Assembly (NCBI GenBank): GCA_016432425.1
Contig: CP066688.1
Location: 212,368-276,367 of the forward strand
Direction of reading: 5' to 3'
Source: Candidatus Daviesbacteria bacterium
GTDB lineage: Bacteria > Patescibacteriota > Microgenomatia > Daviesbacterales > UBA10151
Length of the DNA stretch: 64,000 bases
Shown here: positions 1 to 8,995 of the stretch, one piece after another
Layout: the number at the start of each line of letters is the position of its first letter
Position numbering within the stretch: position 1 is the stretch's first letter
The notes under the pieces: generated by a model
Told to the model about the DNA's origin: nothing
Databases searched by the model: none
Seen by the model: the letters and a program-made list of their open reading frames with translations, nothing else
Translations under genes and position numbers: made by a program

Positions 1-574
1 ATCCCAAAGGACCTGCTCCAACTACAATGAGTTCTTTTGGTTGTTGCTTTAGTTGCAAAGCCTCAATATGAGTTATATACTCAACATCTTGAATATCCTC
101 AATTGGTGGCACCATGGCTGTTGATCCAGCTGCAATAATGAACTTTTTAGCTTTAAATCTTTGGCCCACTTGCCCTGAGCTTGTCGAAGGGTTAACTTCT
201 ATCTCATTCGGCGAAATAAATGTTGCTCTTCCTTCTATATGATTAACATTCTCTAAATTATTTAAGACCTTCTCATATTTCTCAGCTCTCAGTTTTACTA
301 CCAAATCAAGCTCATGTTGAATAACTTTAGCAAAATCAAAACCCTTAACTTCAATATCCAGACCTGGAATGTGATGCTCTTTGGCAAGATGCATTACTTC
401 ACCCGCCCAAAGAAGAGTTTTAGAGGGAACACAACCCACATTAACACAAGTTCCGCCTAAAGACAGACCCTTATTTACCATTAAGGTTTTAGCGCCTAAT
501 TCATTAGCTTTAATAGCAGCTGAAAAAGCCCCTGCCCCGCCACCAATAATAATTAAGTCATATTCATCACTCAT
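1..574 (-). CDS. merA: Mercuric reductase-like flavoprotein disulfide reductase, N-terminal part (runs off window start)
   Basis: Manual translation MSDEYDLIIIGGGAGAFSAAIKANELGAKTLMVNKGLSLGGTCVNVGCVPSK: FAD-binding GxGxxA and redox CVNVGC motif. Metal-resistance context. C-terminal CC pair not visible. Not in the ORF track. Confidence 0.8.
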   Translation of the reverse strand, partial: MSDEYDLIIIGGGAGAFSAAIKANELGAKTLMVNKGLSLGGTCVNVGCVPSKTLLWAGEVMHLAKEHHIPGLDIEVKGFDFAKVIQHELDLVVKLRAEKYEKVLNNLENVNHIEGRATFISPNEIEVNPSTSSGQVGQRFKAKKFIIAAGSTAMVPPIEDIQDVEYITHIEALQLKQQPKELIVVGAGPLG

Positions 575-577
575 AAT

Positions 578-598
578 TTAACCGCAACTTGGACACAT
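578..598 (-). CDS. Putative mini-ORF MCPSCG (CxxC peptide)
   Basis: ATG TGT CCA AGT TGC GGT TAA preceded by AAGGAGGTG 5 nt upstream; in frame with merA. Confidence 0.45.
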   Translation of the reverse strand: MCPSCG

Positions 599-614
599 AA
601 GCCCACCTCCTTAC

Positions 615-923
615 TTAAACAATAAATCCTTTTAATGTTTTGGTAAATTCATTACTGACAAGAGAGTAATAAACTATTTGAGCCTCTTTTCTTCTGCTGA
701 CTAGTTCTAGTTTAAGTAGCTTCTTTAGACTATGAGAGACAACAGAGATAGAAGTATCTAATATTTCAGCAATACTGCTGACGCTAAGTTCTGGATAGTG
801 ACACAGAAGATAACAAATTTTAAGTCTGGTAGGATCACCCACCACACCTAGTTGTTGGGCACATTCAATAATCTCTTTTCTATTTTCTAACTGTTTTTTA
901 ATTTGTTTATGCTTAATATCCAT
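615..923 (-). CDS. ArsR/SmtB family metalloregulator
   Basis: GDPTRLKI...LSVSSIAEILDTSISVVSHSLKKL...LVSRRKEAQIVYYSL wHTH; start moved to MDIKH at 923, downstream of its promoter. Confidence 0.9.
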   Translation of the reverse strand: MDIKHKQIKKQLENRKEIIECAQQLGVVGDPTRLKICYLLCHYPELSVSSIAEILDTSISVVSHSLKKLLKLELVSRRKEAQIVYYSLVSNEFTKTLKGFIV

Positions 924-925
924 AG

Positions 926-973
926 TATTTGAACAACTATTCAAATAGTAAGTTACTTCATTGCTGCTGTCAA
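926..973 (-). promoter_or_regulatory. Sigma70 promoter with ArsR-type inverted-repeat operator
   Basis: TTGACA(973-968)-17-TACTAT(950-945); inverted repeat TATTTGAA-N6-TTCAAATA at 926-947. Confidence 0.75.
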
Positions 974-3246
974 GTAGAATAAGTTGGGTATATTTTAAAT
1001 CGTTTAAGCAGGAGGGAATTGGAAACAACGGATATTGAACTTAAAGCCATAGCTGCTGAGGCAAAGATGGGATTTAATAGTATTCCAAAAGGAAGATACA
1101 AAATTCCCATGGCCACCGGAATTAATATTACATTATACCCGAAAGCCCAAAACAAATTCATCTTGATAGTCCTCATGGTTTTTTGGGATAGTTCAAAAGC
1201 TAAGGCGACAGAATTTAAATCTTTGTTAATTAAAACCATCCCGGCTGATTCAATGGCCACATCGGTCCCAGAACCCATGGCAATCCCAATATCTGAGGCA
1301 GCCAAAGCCGGGGCATCATTAATCCCATCTCCCACCATAGCCACAATTTTCCCCTCTTGTTGGATTTTTCTAACTTCTGTTTCTTTTTGATCAGGCAAAA
1401 CCTCAGCTAAAACTCTTTTTATTCCAACTTGTTTGGCAATAGCATTAGCAGTCCTCTGGTTATCTCCTGTAATCATCACCACTTCTACCCCCATCTTTTG
1501 TAATTTCTCCACACCCTCTTTGGCAGTTTCTTTTAAAGTATCGGCCACAGCAATCAGACCTGCCAACTTACCGTCTGCTCCTAATATCATGACCGTCTTT
1601 CCTTCGTTTTCCAATCTTTCTACCTCTCTTTCCTCAACCTTTATCTCCTCTTTTTCCATCAATCTCCTATTACCCAAGATGACTTTCTGCCCATTAATTA
1701 TTCCCTCCACTCCATGGCCTGCAATTGCCTTAAAGCTTGATACTTTCATAAGCTTTACTTTTTCCGCCTCCCCCTTATTAACAATTGCTTCCGCCAGAGA
1801 GTGCTCTGACCCTTTTTCCAAAGACGCAGCTAGTAGTAAAATGAGGTCCTTCGACTTGCTTCGCTCGCTCAGGATGACCTCCGTTGAAACAACGTCGGTC
1901 ACCTCAGGCTTTCCCTTTGTTAAAGTCCCTGTTTTATCAAATATCACTGTATTAATTTTATGAGCTGTTTGTAAATTTTGGGCATCCTTAATTAATATCC
2001 CATGCTCTGCTCCCTTACCTGTGCCCACCATAATAGCTGTAGGGGTGGCCAAACCCATGGCACAGGGGCAGGCAATAATTAAAACCGCTACCATATTAAG
2101 CATGGCAAAGGCAAAAGCAGGGTTAGGACCAAAAACATACCACACTACAAACGTAGCAATAGCCAACATAATTACTATTGGCACAAAATAAGAGGAGATT
2201 AAATCTGCCAGCCTCTGAATAGGCGCTTTGCTGGCTTGGGCCTCCTGCACCAGCTTGATAATTTGTGAAAGCATGGTATCTGCCCCCACTTTAGTAGCTT
2301 TGTATAAAAATGTGCCGGTTTTATTTAAGGTGGCGCCAATAACTGTATCTTCTTTTGTTTTATCAACCGGAATGCTTTCTCCTGTCACCATTGATTCATC
2401 AATTGAGGATTCCCCTTCTAAAATTTGTCCATCAACCGGGATTTTTTCTCCCGGTCTGACCCTGATCACATTTCCCACCACTACCCGCTCAATCGGGATA
2501 TCTTTTTCCACTCCATCCACTAAGACCCTGGCGGTTCTGGCCTGAAGTCCAATCAGTTTCTTAATAGCCTCGGAAGTACCGGCCTTAGCTTTAGCCTCAA
2601 AATACCTTCCCAGAAGAATTAGACCAATAATGATTGTGGAAACATCAAAGTAGGGCTCGGGTCTGACTCCAATACTTTCCACCAGTTGAGGAAAAATTGT
2701 TACAACTGCAGAATAGGAAAAAGCCACCGTAGTACCGATTGCCACCAGAGTATCCATGTTGGCAGTTCTGTGCTTTAAAGCAGGGATGGTGGCCCGATAA
2801 AATTCCCAGCCTGCCCAAAATTGGACCGGGATGGCTAAAATCATCTGCACCAAGAAGTTTTGTAAAATAGCGGGGGAAAACTGCATTAAAAAGGGAAAAG
2901 AACCCCAGACAATTAAAACTCCCAACCCTAAGCTGACTAAAACTTTATTGCGAAGATTCCTTAACTCTTTTTGTTTCTCTTGTTTTTGCTCATCCTCTGT
3001 TTTTAACTCTTCATTAATTCCTGCTTTGTAACCCACATTCGCTACAGCAGATACCAAATCATTATCTGTGACTTTTTTTGAATTAAAAGTCACAGTTGCT
3101 GACTCCGTTGCCAGATTAACCACAGCATTGGAGACACCTTCCACCCCACCTAAAGATTTCTCCAAAACCCTCACACAGGATGCACAATGCATGCCTTTGA
3201 TGGGAAAAGTTTTAGTGGTTAGTTTGTTAGTTAGTAATTTGTTCAT
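970..3246 (-). CDS. copA: Copper-translocating P1B-type ATPase
   Basis: GMHCASC HMA domain, [22 protein letters not shown] and MALSS motifs; EH-S in place of the usual HP. Confidence 0.97.
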   Translation of the reverse strand: MNKLLTNKLTTKTFPIKGMHCASCVRVLEKSLGGVEGVSNAVVNLATESATVTFNSKKVTDNDLVSAVANVGYKAGINEELKTEDEQKQEKQKELRNLRNKVLVSLGLGVLIVWGSFPFLMQFSPAILQNFLVQMILAIPVQFWAGWEFYRATIPALKHRTANMDTLVAIGTTVAFSYSAVVTIFPQLVESIGVRPEPYFDVSTIIIGLILLGRYFEAKAKAGTSEAIKKLIGLQARTARVLVDGVEKDIPIERVVVGNVIRVRPGEKIPVDGQILEGESSIDESMVTGESIPVDKTKEDTVIGATLNKTGTFLYKATKVGADTMLSQIIKLVQEAQASKAPIQRLADLISSYFVPIVIMLAIATFVVWYVFGPNPAFAFAMLNMVAVLIIACPCAMGLATPTAIMVGTGKGAEHGILIKDAQNLQTAHKINTVIFDKTGTLTKGKPEVTDVVSTEVILSERSKSKDLILLLAASLEKGSEHSLAEAIVNKGEAEKVKLMKVSSFKAIAGHGVEGIINGQKVILGNRRLMEKEEIKVEEREVERLENEGKTVMILGADGKLAGLIAVADTLKETAKEGVEKLQKMGVEVVMITGDNQRTANAIAKQVGIKRVLAEVLPDQKETEVRKIQQEGKIVAMVGDGINDAPALAASDIGIAMGSGTDVAIESAGMVLINKDLNSVALAFELSQKTMRTIKMNLFWAFGYNVILIPVAMGILYLPFGILLNPIFASAAMALSSISVVSNSLLLKRFKIYPTYST

Positions 3247-3617
3247 CGTACTACTATTCTTCCATGGTACATATTCATGCCACAGGAATATGGATACTCA
3301 CCAATCTCTTTAGGAGTTATTTCCACTGTTACTTTCTGATTTAAAGGCAGCTCTTTGCGGATTTTGAAATCTCCCAAAACTACCTCTGACAAACAATCAG
3401 TCGGGTCTGTTCTTAAAAAATTAACCTTGGTGGTTTTACCTACAGGAATGGATATCACCTCAGGGGAGTAACCACCGGAAACTTTAATATCTATCTCGCC
3501 TGCCTTGCCGGCAGGTAGGTTTTCCACACTAACCTCTTTCTCCCTCTTCATCAGGAAAAACCAAAAAGTAAAAGCTATTCCCAATAGCCCAAAAATAATA
3601 ACTAAAATTTTATCCAT
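3243..3617 (-). CDS. Membrane-anchored cupredoxin-domain copper chaperone (CupA-like)
   Basis: N-terminal TM, GGYSP, C-terminal [10 protein letters not shown]; between csoR and copA. Confidence 0.85.
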   Translation of the reverse strand: MDKILVIIFGLLGIAFTFWFFLMKREKEVSVENLPAGKAGEIDIKVSGGYSPEVISIPVGKTTKVNFLRTDPTDCLSEVVLGDFKIRKELPLNQKVTVEITPKEIGEYPYSCGMNMYHGRIVVR

Positions 3618-3635
3618 TAATAATCTTTTTATCGT

Positions 3636-3911
3636 TCAAGTTTTTGGACTCCTTTTAAATACATTCATTATTTCAGTGATGGCTTCTTTACTTCTACCAT
3701 TTTTAATGGCATCGGAAGCGCAGGTTTTAAGGTGATTTTCTAAAATTACAGAATCAGCCTCCTGTAGCGCTCTCTGCACTGCCTGGGATTGGTGGATGAT
3801 ATCAATGCAATACTCACCGTCTTCCGCCATCCTTAACACTTTCTTCAAATGCCCCTGGGCAATTTGCAGCCGGTGTAATATTCTTTCCTGGGTATCCTTG
3901 GGCCTGTACAT
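3636..3911 (-). CDS. csoR: CsoR/RcnR family copper-sensing repressor
   Basis: RL..AQGHL, YCIDII, HLKTC (Cys-His-Cys ligands). Confidence 0.92.
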   Translation of the reverse strand: MYRPKDTQERILHRLQIAQGHLKKVLRMAEDGEYCIDIIHQSQAVQRALQEADSVILENHLKTCASDAIKNGRSKEAITEIMNVFKRSPKT

Positions 3912-3917
3912 ATTCTC

Positions 3918-3946
3918 ATTATATCCCCCCAGGGGGGATATGTCAA
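3918..3946 (-). promoter_or_regulatory. Consensus promoter with CsoR operator in the spacer
   Basis: TTGACA-17-TATAAT-6-ATG; perfect palindrome ATATCCCCCC-A-GGGGGGATAT at 3921-3941 (C/G tracts typical of CsoR sites). Confidence 0.85.
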
Positions 3947-3990
3947 ATTACAAACACCTGGGGGGTGGATTAGGCAGGCACCCAGGGAAA

Positions 3991-4662
3991 TTACTCGTAT
4001 TTATGAGAAAGGAAACTACACTCCGGAAACTGCTCACAACCATATTTAATGATTTTGGCCATGGCCGAGAGCCTTTTCCCTAAAATTTGGGCAATTTTAA
4101 TATCCCCTGAGGTAATTTCCTTATCCCCTTTATAGCCGGAGACAAAAATTGCCCCATAGGGGCTGCCGGCATCAAACTCCGCACTTTCCCCCTGAATGGG
4201 GTAAGGAACACCTATTGGAATCATCCCCAAATTAAGCAAAGGGATCATTGAAGAAATTAAAGCTGCTTCCTCTCCCCCATGGACGCTACCGGCACTGACA
4301 AAAAACGCGGCCGGTTTTCCCACCATAGCCCCCTTGATAAAAACCGGGGAAAGTTGATCAATAAATTGCTTTAATTGGGAGGCAAAAGAGCCAAAATGAA
4401 CAGGAGTGCCAAAAGCCACCCCATCAGCTGAAGTTAAATCTTCAAGGGTAGCAGTGGGGATGTGAGTTAGAGATTCTTTGACAGTTTTTAACTCCGGCTT
4501 ATCGGCAAAAAATTCTGCTGGAAGAATCTCCGGAACTTGTTTAACCATTGCCTCAACTCCGGGAATTTCCCTGGCTCCCTGGGCAACATATTCAGCTAAT
4601 TTAGCAGTGTGACCACCTAAAGAATAAAATAAGACCAGGATTTTAATTTTTTGTTGATCCAT
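3991..4662 (-). CDS. wrbA: NAD(P)H:quinone oxidoreductase, WrbA flavodoxin-like
   Basis: YSLGGHT, GTPVHFG, HGGEE, GSPYGA motifs. Confidence 0.9.
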   Translation of the reverse strand: MDQQKIKILVLFYSLGGHTAKLAEYVAQGAREIPGVEAMVKQVPEILPAEFFADKPELKTVKESLTHIPTATLEDLTSADGVAFGTPVHFGSFASQLKQFIDQLSPVFIKGAMVGKPAAFFVSAGSVHGGEEAALISSMIPLLNLGMIPIGVPYPIQGESAEFDAGSPYGAIFVSGYKGDKEITSGDIKIAQILGKRLSAMAKIIKYGCEQFPECSFLSHKYE

Positions 4663-4706
4663 CAGAAAAATTATGCTACTGTTAAAAACAGTTTAACACA
4701 TCCTTC

Positions 4707-5246
4707 ATGTCAAATAAATTTGGTCAATTTAGCCCGGGCGAGATGGTGGAAACAACCGGACTTTTATCAATTGCCCTGCTGTCCCTAACTTTACTAATCG
4801 GTCCCATCTGTCAACTTTTCCCTAGGCTGGATGGTTTAAAAGCCCACCGCAAATTTTTAGGAATCTTAAGTTTTCTGATCGCCCTGGCTCATAGCGCCCT
4901 GGTTTATATTTTCTATGTTAATTTCAATCTGGCCAAATTATTTAATCCCCAAAGCCCTCAATATGTTGGGCTGCTTTTGGGTCTGGCTTCCTTAATAATA
5001 CTTTTGGTACTTACTTTAACCTCTAATAAATTTTCTTTAAATTTTTTAACTCCCAAAGTTTGGAAATTGGTCCAATCAACAGCATATGTCGCCTTAATTT
5101 TGGCAGTAGGGCACTTTTATCTGACAAAATCAACTAACGGAGTTTTTACCGTTAAAAGTGCGGCTGAACAAATTACCTTTGGCTTGGCTGCTTTTGTAGT
5201 TTTATTTAGATTATTGGTTATATTTTATCTAAAAATTAAGCTTTAA
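4707..5246 (+). CDS. Ferric reductase-like transmembrane protein (MsrQ-like)
   Basis: TG..., HRKFLG, AHS, LTLTSN, WKLVQ...AVGHF heme-His pattern; multiple TMs. Confidence 0.8.
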   Translation: MSNKFGQFSPGEMVETTGLLSIALLSLTLLIGPICQLFPRLDGLKAHRKFLGILSFLIALAHSALVYIFYVNFNLAKLFNPQSPQYVGLLLGLASLIILLVLTLTSNKFSLNFLTPKVWKLVQSTAYVALILAVGHFYLTKSTNGVFTVKSAAEQITFGLAAFVVLFRLLVIFYLKIKL

Positions 5247-6232
5247 ACCCTTTTTAGCCTGATGGCTTTGGTCACTGCCCGGATAATAGCTTCTTTGTTT
5301 AGACCAAACTTTTCCAGCAGTTCTTGCGGTTCACCTGATTCTCCGAAATGATCCGAAATTCCCACCATTTGAATTGGCACAGGAAACTCCTGACTGACCA
5401 CTTCTGCCACCGCCGACCCCAATCCTCCGGCTATTTGATGCTCTTCTACGGTGACAATCGCTCCACAATCTTCCACTGCCTGTAAAATAGTTTTTTTATC
5501 TAAAGGCTTAATCGTATGACAATTAATCACTCTAGCTTTTATCCCATGCTCCTCTAGCTCACGGGCAGCCAGCAAACTCACATAAACCATCTGGCCGCAA
5601 GCTACAATGGCTACATCCTGACCCTCTGTCAAAACATTTGCCACCCCCACTTCAAAAGGGGACTCCGGGGTGGTTACCACAGGCACCTCAGCTCTGGATA
5701 AACGGAGGTAAGAAGGTTTACCATTTTTAGCTATAGACACAGTAGCTTTTTTGGCCTCAATTGTGTCAGATGGAACAATCACTACCATGTTGGGCAAAAC
5801 CCGGGTAATGGCAATATCTTCCAAGGCTTGGTGGGTAGCTCCATCCGGGCCTACGGAAATTCCCGCATGGCTGCCGATAATTTTGACTGGTTGATTGTTA
5901 TAACAAATGGTGGTTCTGATCTGTTCCCAATTCCTTCCCGGAGAAAACATGGCATAGGAGGTGACAAAAGGAATTTTCCCTACCGAGGCCATGCCTGAGG
6001 CCACAGTGACTAAATTTTGTTCTGCCACTCCCATCTCGACAAATCTGTCCGGAAATTTATCTTTAAAAGCTTGCATACGGGTACTCTCAGTTAAATCTGC
6101 ACACAGCCCCACAATCTGATCATTTTCTTCTGCTGCCAAAACCAACCCCTCCCCAAACCCATCCCGGGAAGGAACTTGTTCAATATTAGGTTCATATAGT
6201 TTTGGGTTTAAATGAGCGCTTTTGTCTAACAT
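5243..6232 (-). CDS. Transketolase, C-terminal subunit
   Basis: MGVAEQN, GPDGATHQ, TVEEH, FGESG motifs. Confidence 0.95.
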   Translation of the reverse strand: MLDKSAHLNPKLYEPNIEQVPSRDGFGEGLVLAAEENDQIVGLCADLTESTRMQAFKDKFPDRFVEMGVAEQNLVTVASGMASVGKIPFVTSYAMFSPGRNWEQIRTTICYNNQPVKIIGSHAGISVGPDGATHQALEDIAITRVLPNMVVIVPSDTIEAKKATVSIAKNGKPSYLRLSRAEVPVVTTPESPFEVGVANVLTEGQDVAIVACGQMVYVSLLAARELEEHGIKARVINCHTIKPLDKKTILQAVEDCGAIVTVEEHQIAGGLGSAVAEVVSQEFPVPIQMVGISDHFGESGEPQELLEKFGLNKEAIIRAVTKAIRLKRV

Positions 6233-6235
6233 AAA

Positions 6236-7117
6236 TTATTCATGTTCACTTCTTATCTTGCCTTGTAAGGTTCTCAATTCTTTTAAGGCTATTTTTGCTT
6301 GTTCTTCTTTGGGTGGTTCTCCCGGCATATTTGATACTCCAGGAGGAACTCCATGCCATTTAAAATCATTTTCCATAAAGTCCACTCCCTTTCCGGGAAT
6401 AGTATGGGCAATAATAACTGTAGGTTTTTCAAAAATGGCTTTAGCCTGGTTAAAAGCATCAATTATTTGCTCGAAATTATGCCCGTCAACTTCTAAGACA
6501 TGCCAGCCAAAAGCCTCATACTTTTCTTTAAGCGGCTCCAGCGGCATGACATCTTCAGTAAATCCGTCAATTTGAATATTATTACGGTCAATTAAAACTG
6601 TTAAATTATGGAGTTTAAATTTAGCAATCCACATCACTGCTTCCCAAGTATTGCCTGCATCTTGTTCACCATCAGACATCAGGCAATAAACCCGCCACTT
6701 GGCCTGGTTCATTTTCCCTGCCAAAGCCATTCCCCCAGCCTGAGATAAACCACTACCCAAAGGGCCGGAGGTTGTTTCCAGCCCAGGCAAAGTTTCACGG
6801 TGAGGATGTCCTTGTAACCTTGAACCTAATTTTCGCAAAGTTTTTAGCTCTTCTTTTGGGAAAAAACCAGCATGAGCCATAGTGGCATAAAGTACCGGAC
6901 AGATATGGCCGTTGGATAAAACTAATCTGTCCCGATTAGGGTCAGTGGGATTTTTAGGGTCAATATTTAAGATATTAAAATAAAGGGCCACAAATACATC
7001 TGCCATGCCCAAAGGCCCGGCAGAATGGCCGGAACCAGCAGTAACCAACATCTGAATAATATCTTCACGAATTTTAACAGCGATCTCTTCTAATTGATGG
7101 ACATCTAGGGCAGACAT
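6236..7117 (-). CDS. Transketolase, N-terminal subunit
   Basis: SGH, LSNGH, LQGHP, SDGE TPP-binding, WHG. Confidence 0.95.
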   Translation of the reverse strand: MSALDVHQLEEIAVKIREDIIQMLVTAGSGHSAGPLGMADVFVALYFNILNIDPKNPTDPNRDRLVLSNGHICPVLYATMAHAGFFPKEELKTLRKLGSRLQGHPHRETLPGLETTSGPLGSGLSQAGGMALAGKMNQAKWRVYCLMSDGEQDAGNTWEAVMWIAKFKLHNLTVLIDRNNIQIDGFTEDVMPLEPLKEKYEAFGWHVLEVDGHNFEQIIDAFNQAKAIFEKPTVIIAHTIPGKGVDFMENDFKWHGVPPGVSNMPGEPPKEEQAKIALKELRTLQGKIRSEHE

Positions 7118-7158
7118 TATGTTACTATCGTAACAACCTTAAAAATCAAATGCAAAAG

Positions 7159-7788
7159 CTAATTCTGAAATCCGTTGCGGGTAATTTTAATATGTTGATG
7201 TTCTCCCCGTTCTAGCTCTTCCTCAAAATTTTTAATAGCCTCTAAAACTCCTTCCGGAGTTTCTACAATTTTATAAACCTCTAGCTCTTCCGGACGAAGC
7301 AGCATATTTTCCTTGAAAGATGCAATTATCTTTTCCCAAAATTTGCCATACAAAATTAAGGGTTTATGATGGCCAAAATAAAGCCTGGCCAACCCCCAAG
7401 CCATACCAAACTCCGAAATAGTTCCTGTTCCTCCATTAAAAATTACATATATTTGACCCTCTTTCATTAAAGATAAGGTTCGCTCTACGTAATTAGCAGT
7501 TTTAATTTCTTCATCAAATAAATTTTTAGGATCTCTACCCTCATAATTCATTTCATCTTCCGGGTAAAAAGTTACCCCAACAACCTTTCCTCTTCCCTGT
7601 TTAGCCCCTTCTGTGGCTGCCCTCATTACTCCCGGCCCTCCCCCATCTACCACAATGTAGCCTGCCTGTGCTAAAGCCTTAGCCACCTCAAATACCTCCT
7701 CATAAATAGGCTCTCCCTCTTTAGAGTCAGCAAAGCCAAAAATGGCCACCTGTTCAATTGTTTTAGCTTTTAGTAAATTAGTGTCCAT
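7159..7788 (-). CDS. LOG family (Rossmann-fold nucleotide-binding) protein
   Basis: GGGPGVM, NGGTGTISE (PGGxGTxxE-like); start taken at MDTN. Confidence 0.85.
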   Translation of the reverse strand: MDTNLLKAKTIEQVAIFGFADSKEGEPIYEEVFEVAKALAQAGYIVVDGGGPGVMRAATEGAKQGRGKVVGVTFYPEDEMNYEGRDPKNLFDEEIKTANYVERTLSLMKEGQIYVIFNGGTGTISEFGMAWGLARLYFGHHKPLILYGKFWEKIIASFKENMLLRPEELEVYKIVETPEGVLEAIKNFEEELERGEHQHIKITRNGFQN

Positions 7789-8389
7789 GTAAAATTTCCG
7801 GTAAATGTGAACCAATGACTACGCTGTCGGCTCCGGCCTTTTCCAAACTTTCCAAAACATCTTTATTTATACCACCATCTACCTCAATTGTAATAGGCCA
7901 ATTTTTTTGCTTAATCTCTTTGACTTTTTCTATTGCTTGAGGCTGAAACTGTTGTCCACCAAAGCCAGGGTTGACTGACATTACTAAAATTATATCTATC
8001 TCACCAACATAAGGTTCCACTGTCTCTAAGTCAGTTTCCGGATTAATAGACAGTCCCACCTTAATTCCATGATTTTTAATATGACTAATCCGCTCCCTAA
8101 GGCCACTAGTATCTTCTACTGGAAAAACTATTCTCCTTACCGGAATTTTTACCAATTCATCAACCCAATTTTCCGGATATTCCACCATTAATTGAGCTTC
8201 AATTTGAAATTGAGTAGGATATTTGGCAATTATTTCCGGAGTGATACTTTGGTTTTGAACAAATTTATTGTCCATGAAGTCTATTTGTACCCAATCAAAT
8301 TTTAGGCAATTTTCTTTTTCTAATTCTAATAATTTGTCTTTATATTCTTCCTCAGTTGTAGCTAAAATAGCCGGAATTATCTTAATCAT
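7778..8389 (-). CDS. rpe: Ribulose-phosphate 3-epimerase
   Basis: MSVNPGFGGQ, EVDGGI; Gln in place of the usual His ligands (QID, AQLMV). Confidence 0.9.
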   Translation of the reverse strand: MIKIIPAILATTEEEYKDKLLELEKENCLKFDWVQIDFMDNKFVQNQSITPEIIAKYPTQFQIEAQLMVEYPENWVDELVKIPVRRIVFPVEDTSGLRERISHIKNHGIKVGLSINPETDLETVEPYVGEIDIILVMSVNPGFGGQQFQPQAIEKVKEIKQKNWPITIEVDGGINKDVLESLEKAGADSVVIGSHLPEILHGH

Positions 8390-8835
8390 TAATTTTCTTC
8401 CTCAACTTTTTCCAACTCCTCTAATCTTCTGACATGCCTTTCTTCCCCTGAAAACTGCGTTGTTAAAAAAGTTTTAACGATTTCTAAGGCTGTTTCTTCA
8501 TCTAAAACATCTGCCGGCAGAGAAATTACATTCGCATCTTCATGTTCTCGGGCTTGTTTGGCCCTGGCTATATCAAAAACTAAGGCTGAACGCACTCCAT
8601 CAATTTTATTAGCCACCATATCCACTCCCACCCCCGAACCACAAAGAATAATTCCTCTATTCTCTATATCATTAACTACCGCTTTGGCTACTTTTTCCGC
8701 AAAGATAACGTAGTCATCATTTCCATCCAAATGGTCATTGCCCAAATCAGTAATCTCATATCCTTCATCAATTAAGTTTTTTTTCAATCTTTCTTTTAAT
8801 TCAAATCCCCGATGATCAGCCCCAATAAAAATCAT
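8389..8835 (-). CDS. rpiB: Ribose-5-phosphate isomerase B
   Basis: GADHRG, CGSGVG, ANK, RHVRR. Confidence 0.95.
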   Translation of the reverse strand: MIFIGADHRGFELKERLKKNLIDEGYEITDLGNDHLDGNDDYVIFAEKVAKAVVNDIENRGIILCGSGVGVDMVANKIDGVRSALVFDIARAKQAREHEDANVISLPADVLDEETALEIVKTFLTTQFSGEERHVRRLEELEKVEEEN

Positions 8836-8939
8836 GGTTCTATTGTATCATGAGCAGCTTTGATCTATTAATATCTAGTTGACGAAAAAATGTTTTATCT
8901 GTATATTCAACTTTGCTTGTCGCAAGATGAGTTTTCAAG

Positions 8940-8965
8940 AAATCCCGCTTTGTGCGGGATTTTTT
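8940..8965 (+). terminator. Rho-independent terminator-like hairpin
   Basis: AATCCCGC-loop-GCGGGATT followed by a T-run. Confidence 0.7.
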
Positions 8966-8995
8966 GTGGGGAAAATTCTATGTTAAGATGTAATT

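Noticed and set aside
1019-3313. Plus-strand ORFs antisense to copA, and similar shadow ORFs opposite tuf, rplC, comM and recA
   Set aside because: Antisense shadows of well-supported genes with no motifs of their own.
3641-3655. GTCCAAAA at the end of csoR (also at the miaA start) as more copies of the SD-hairpin family
   Set aside because: No matching upstream TGGAC arm; explained by ordinary codons.
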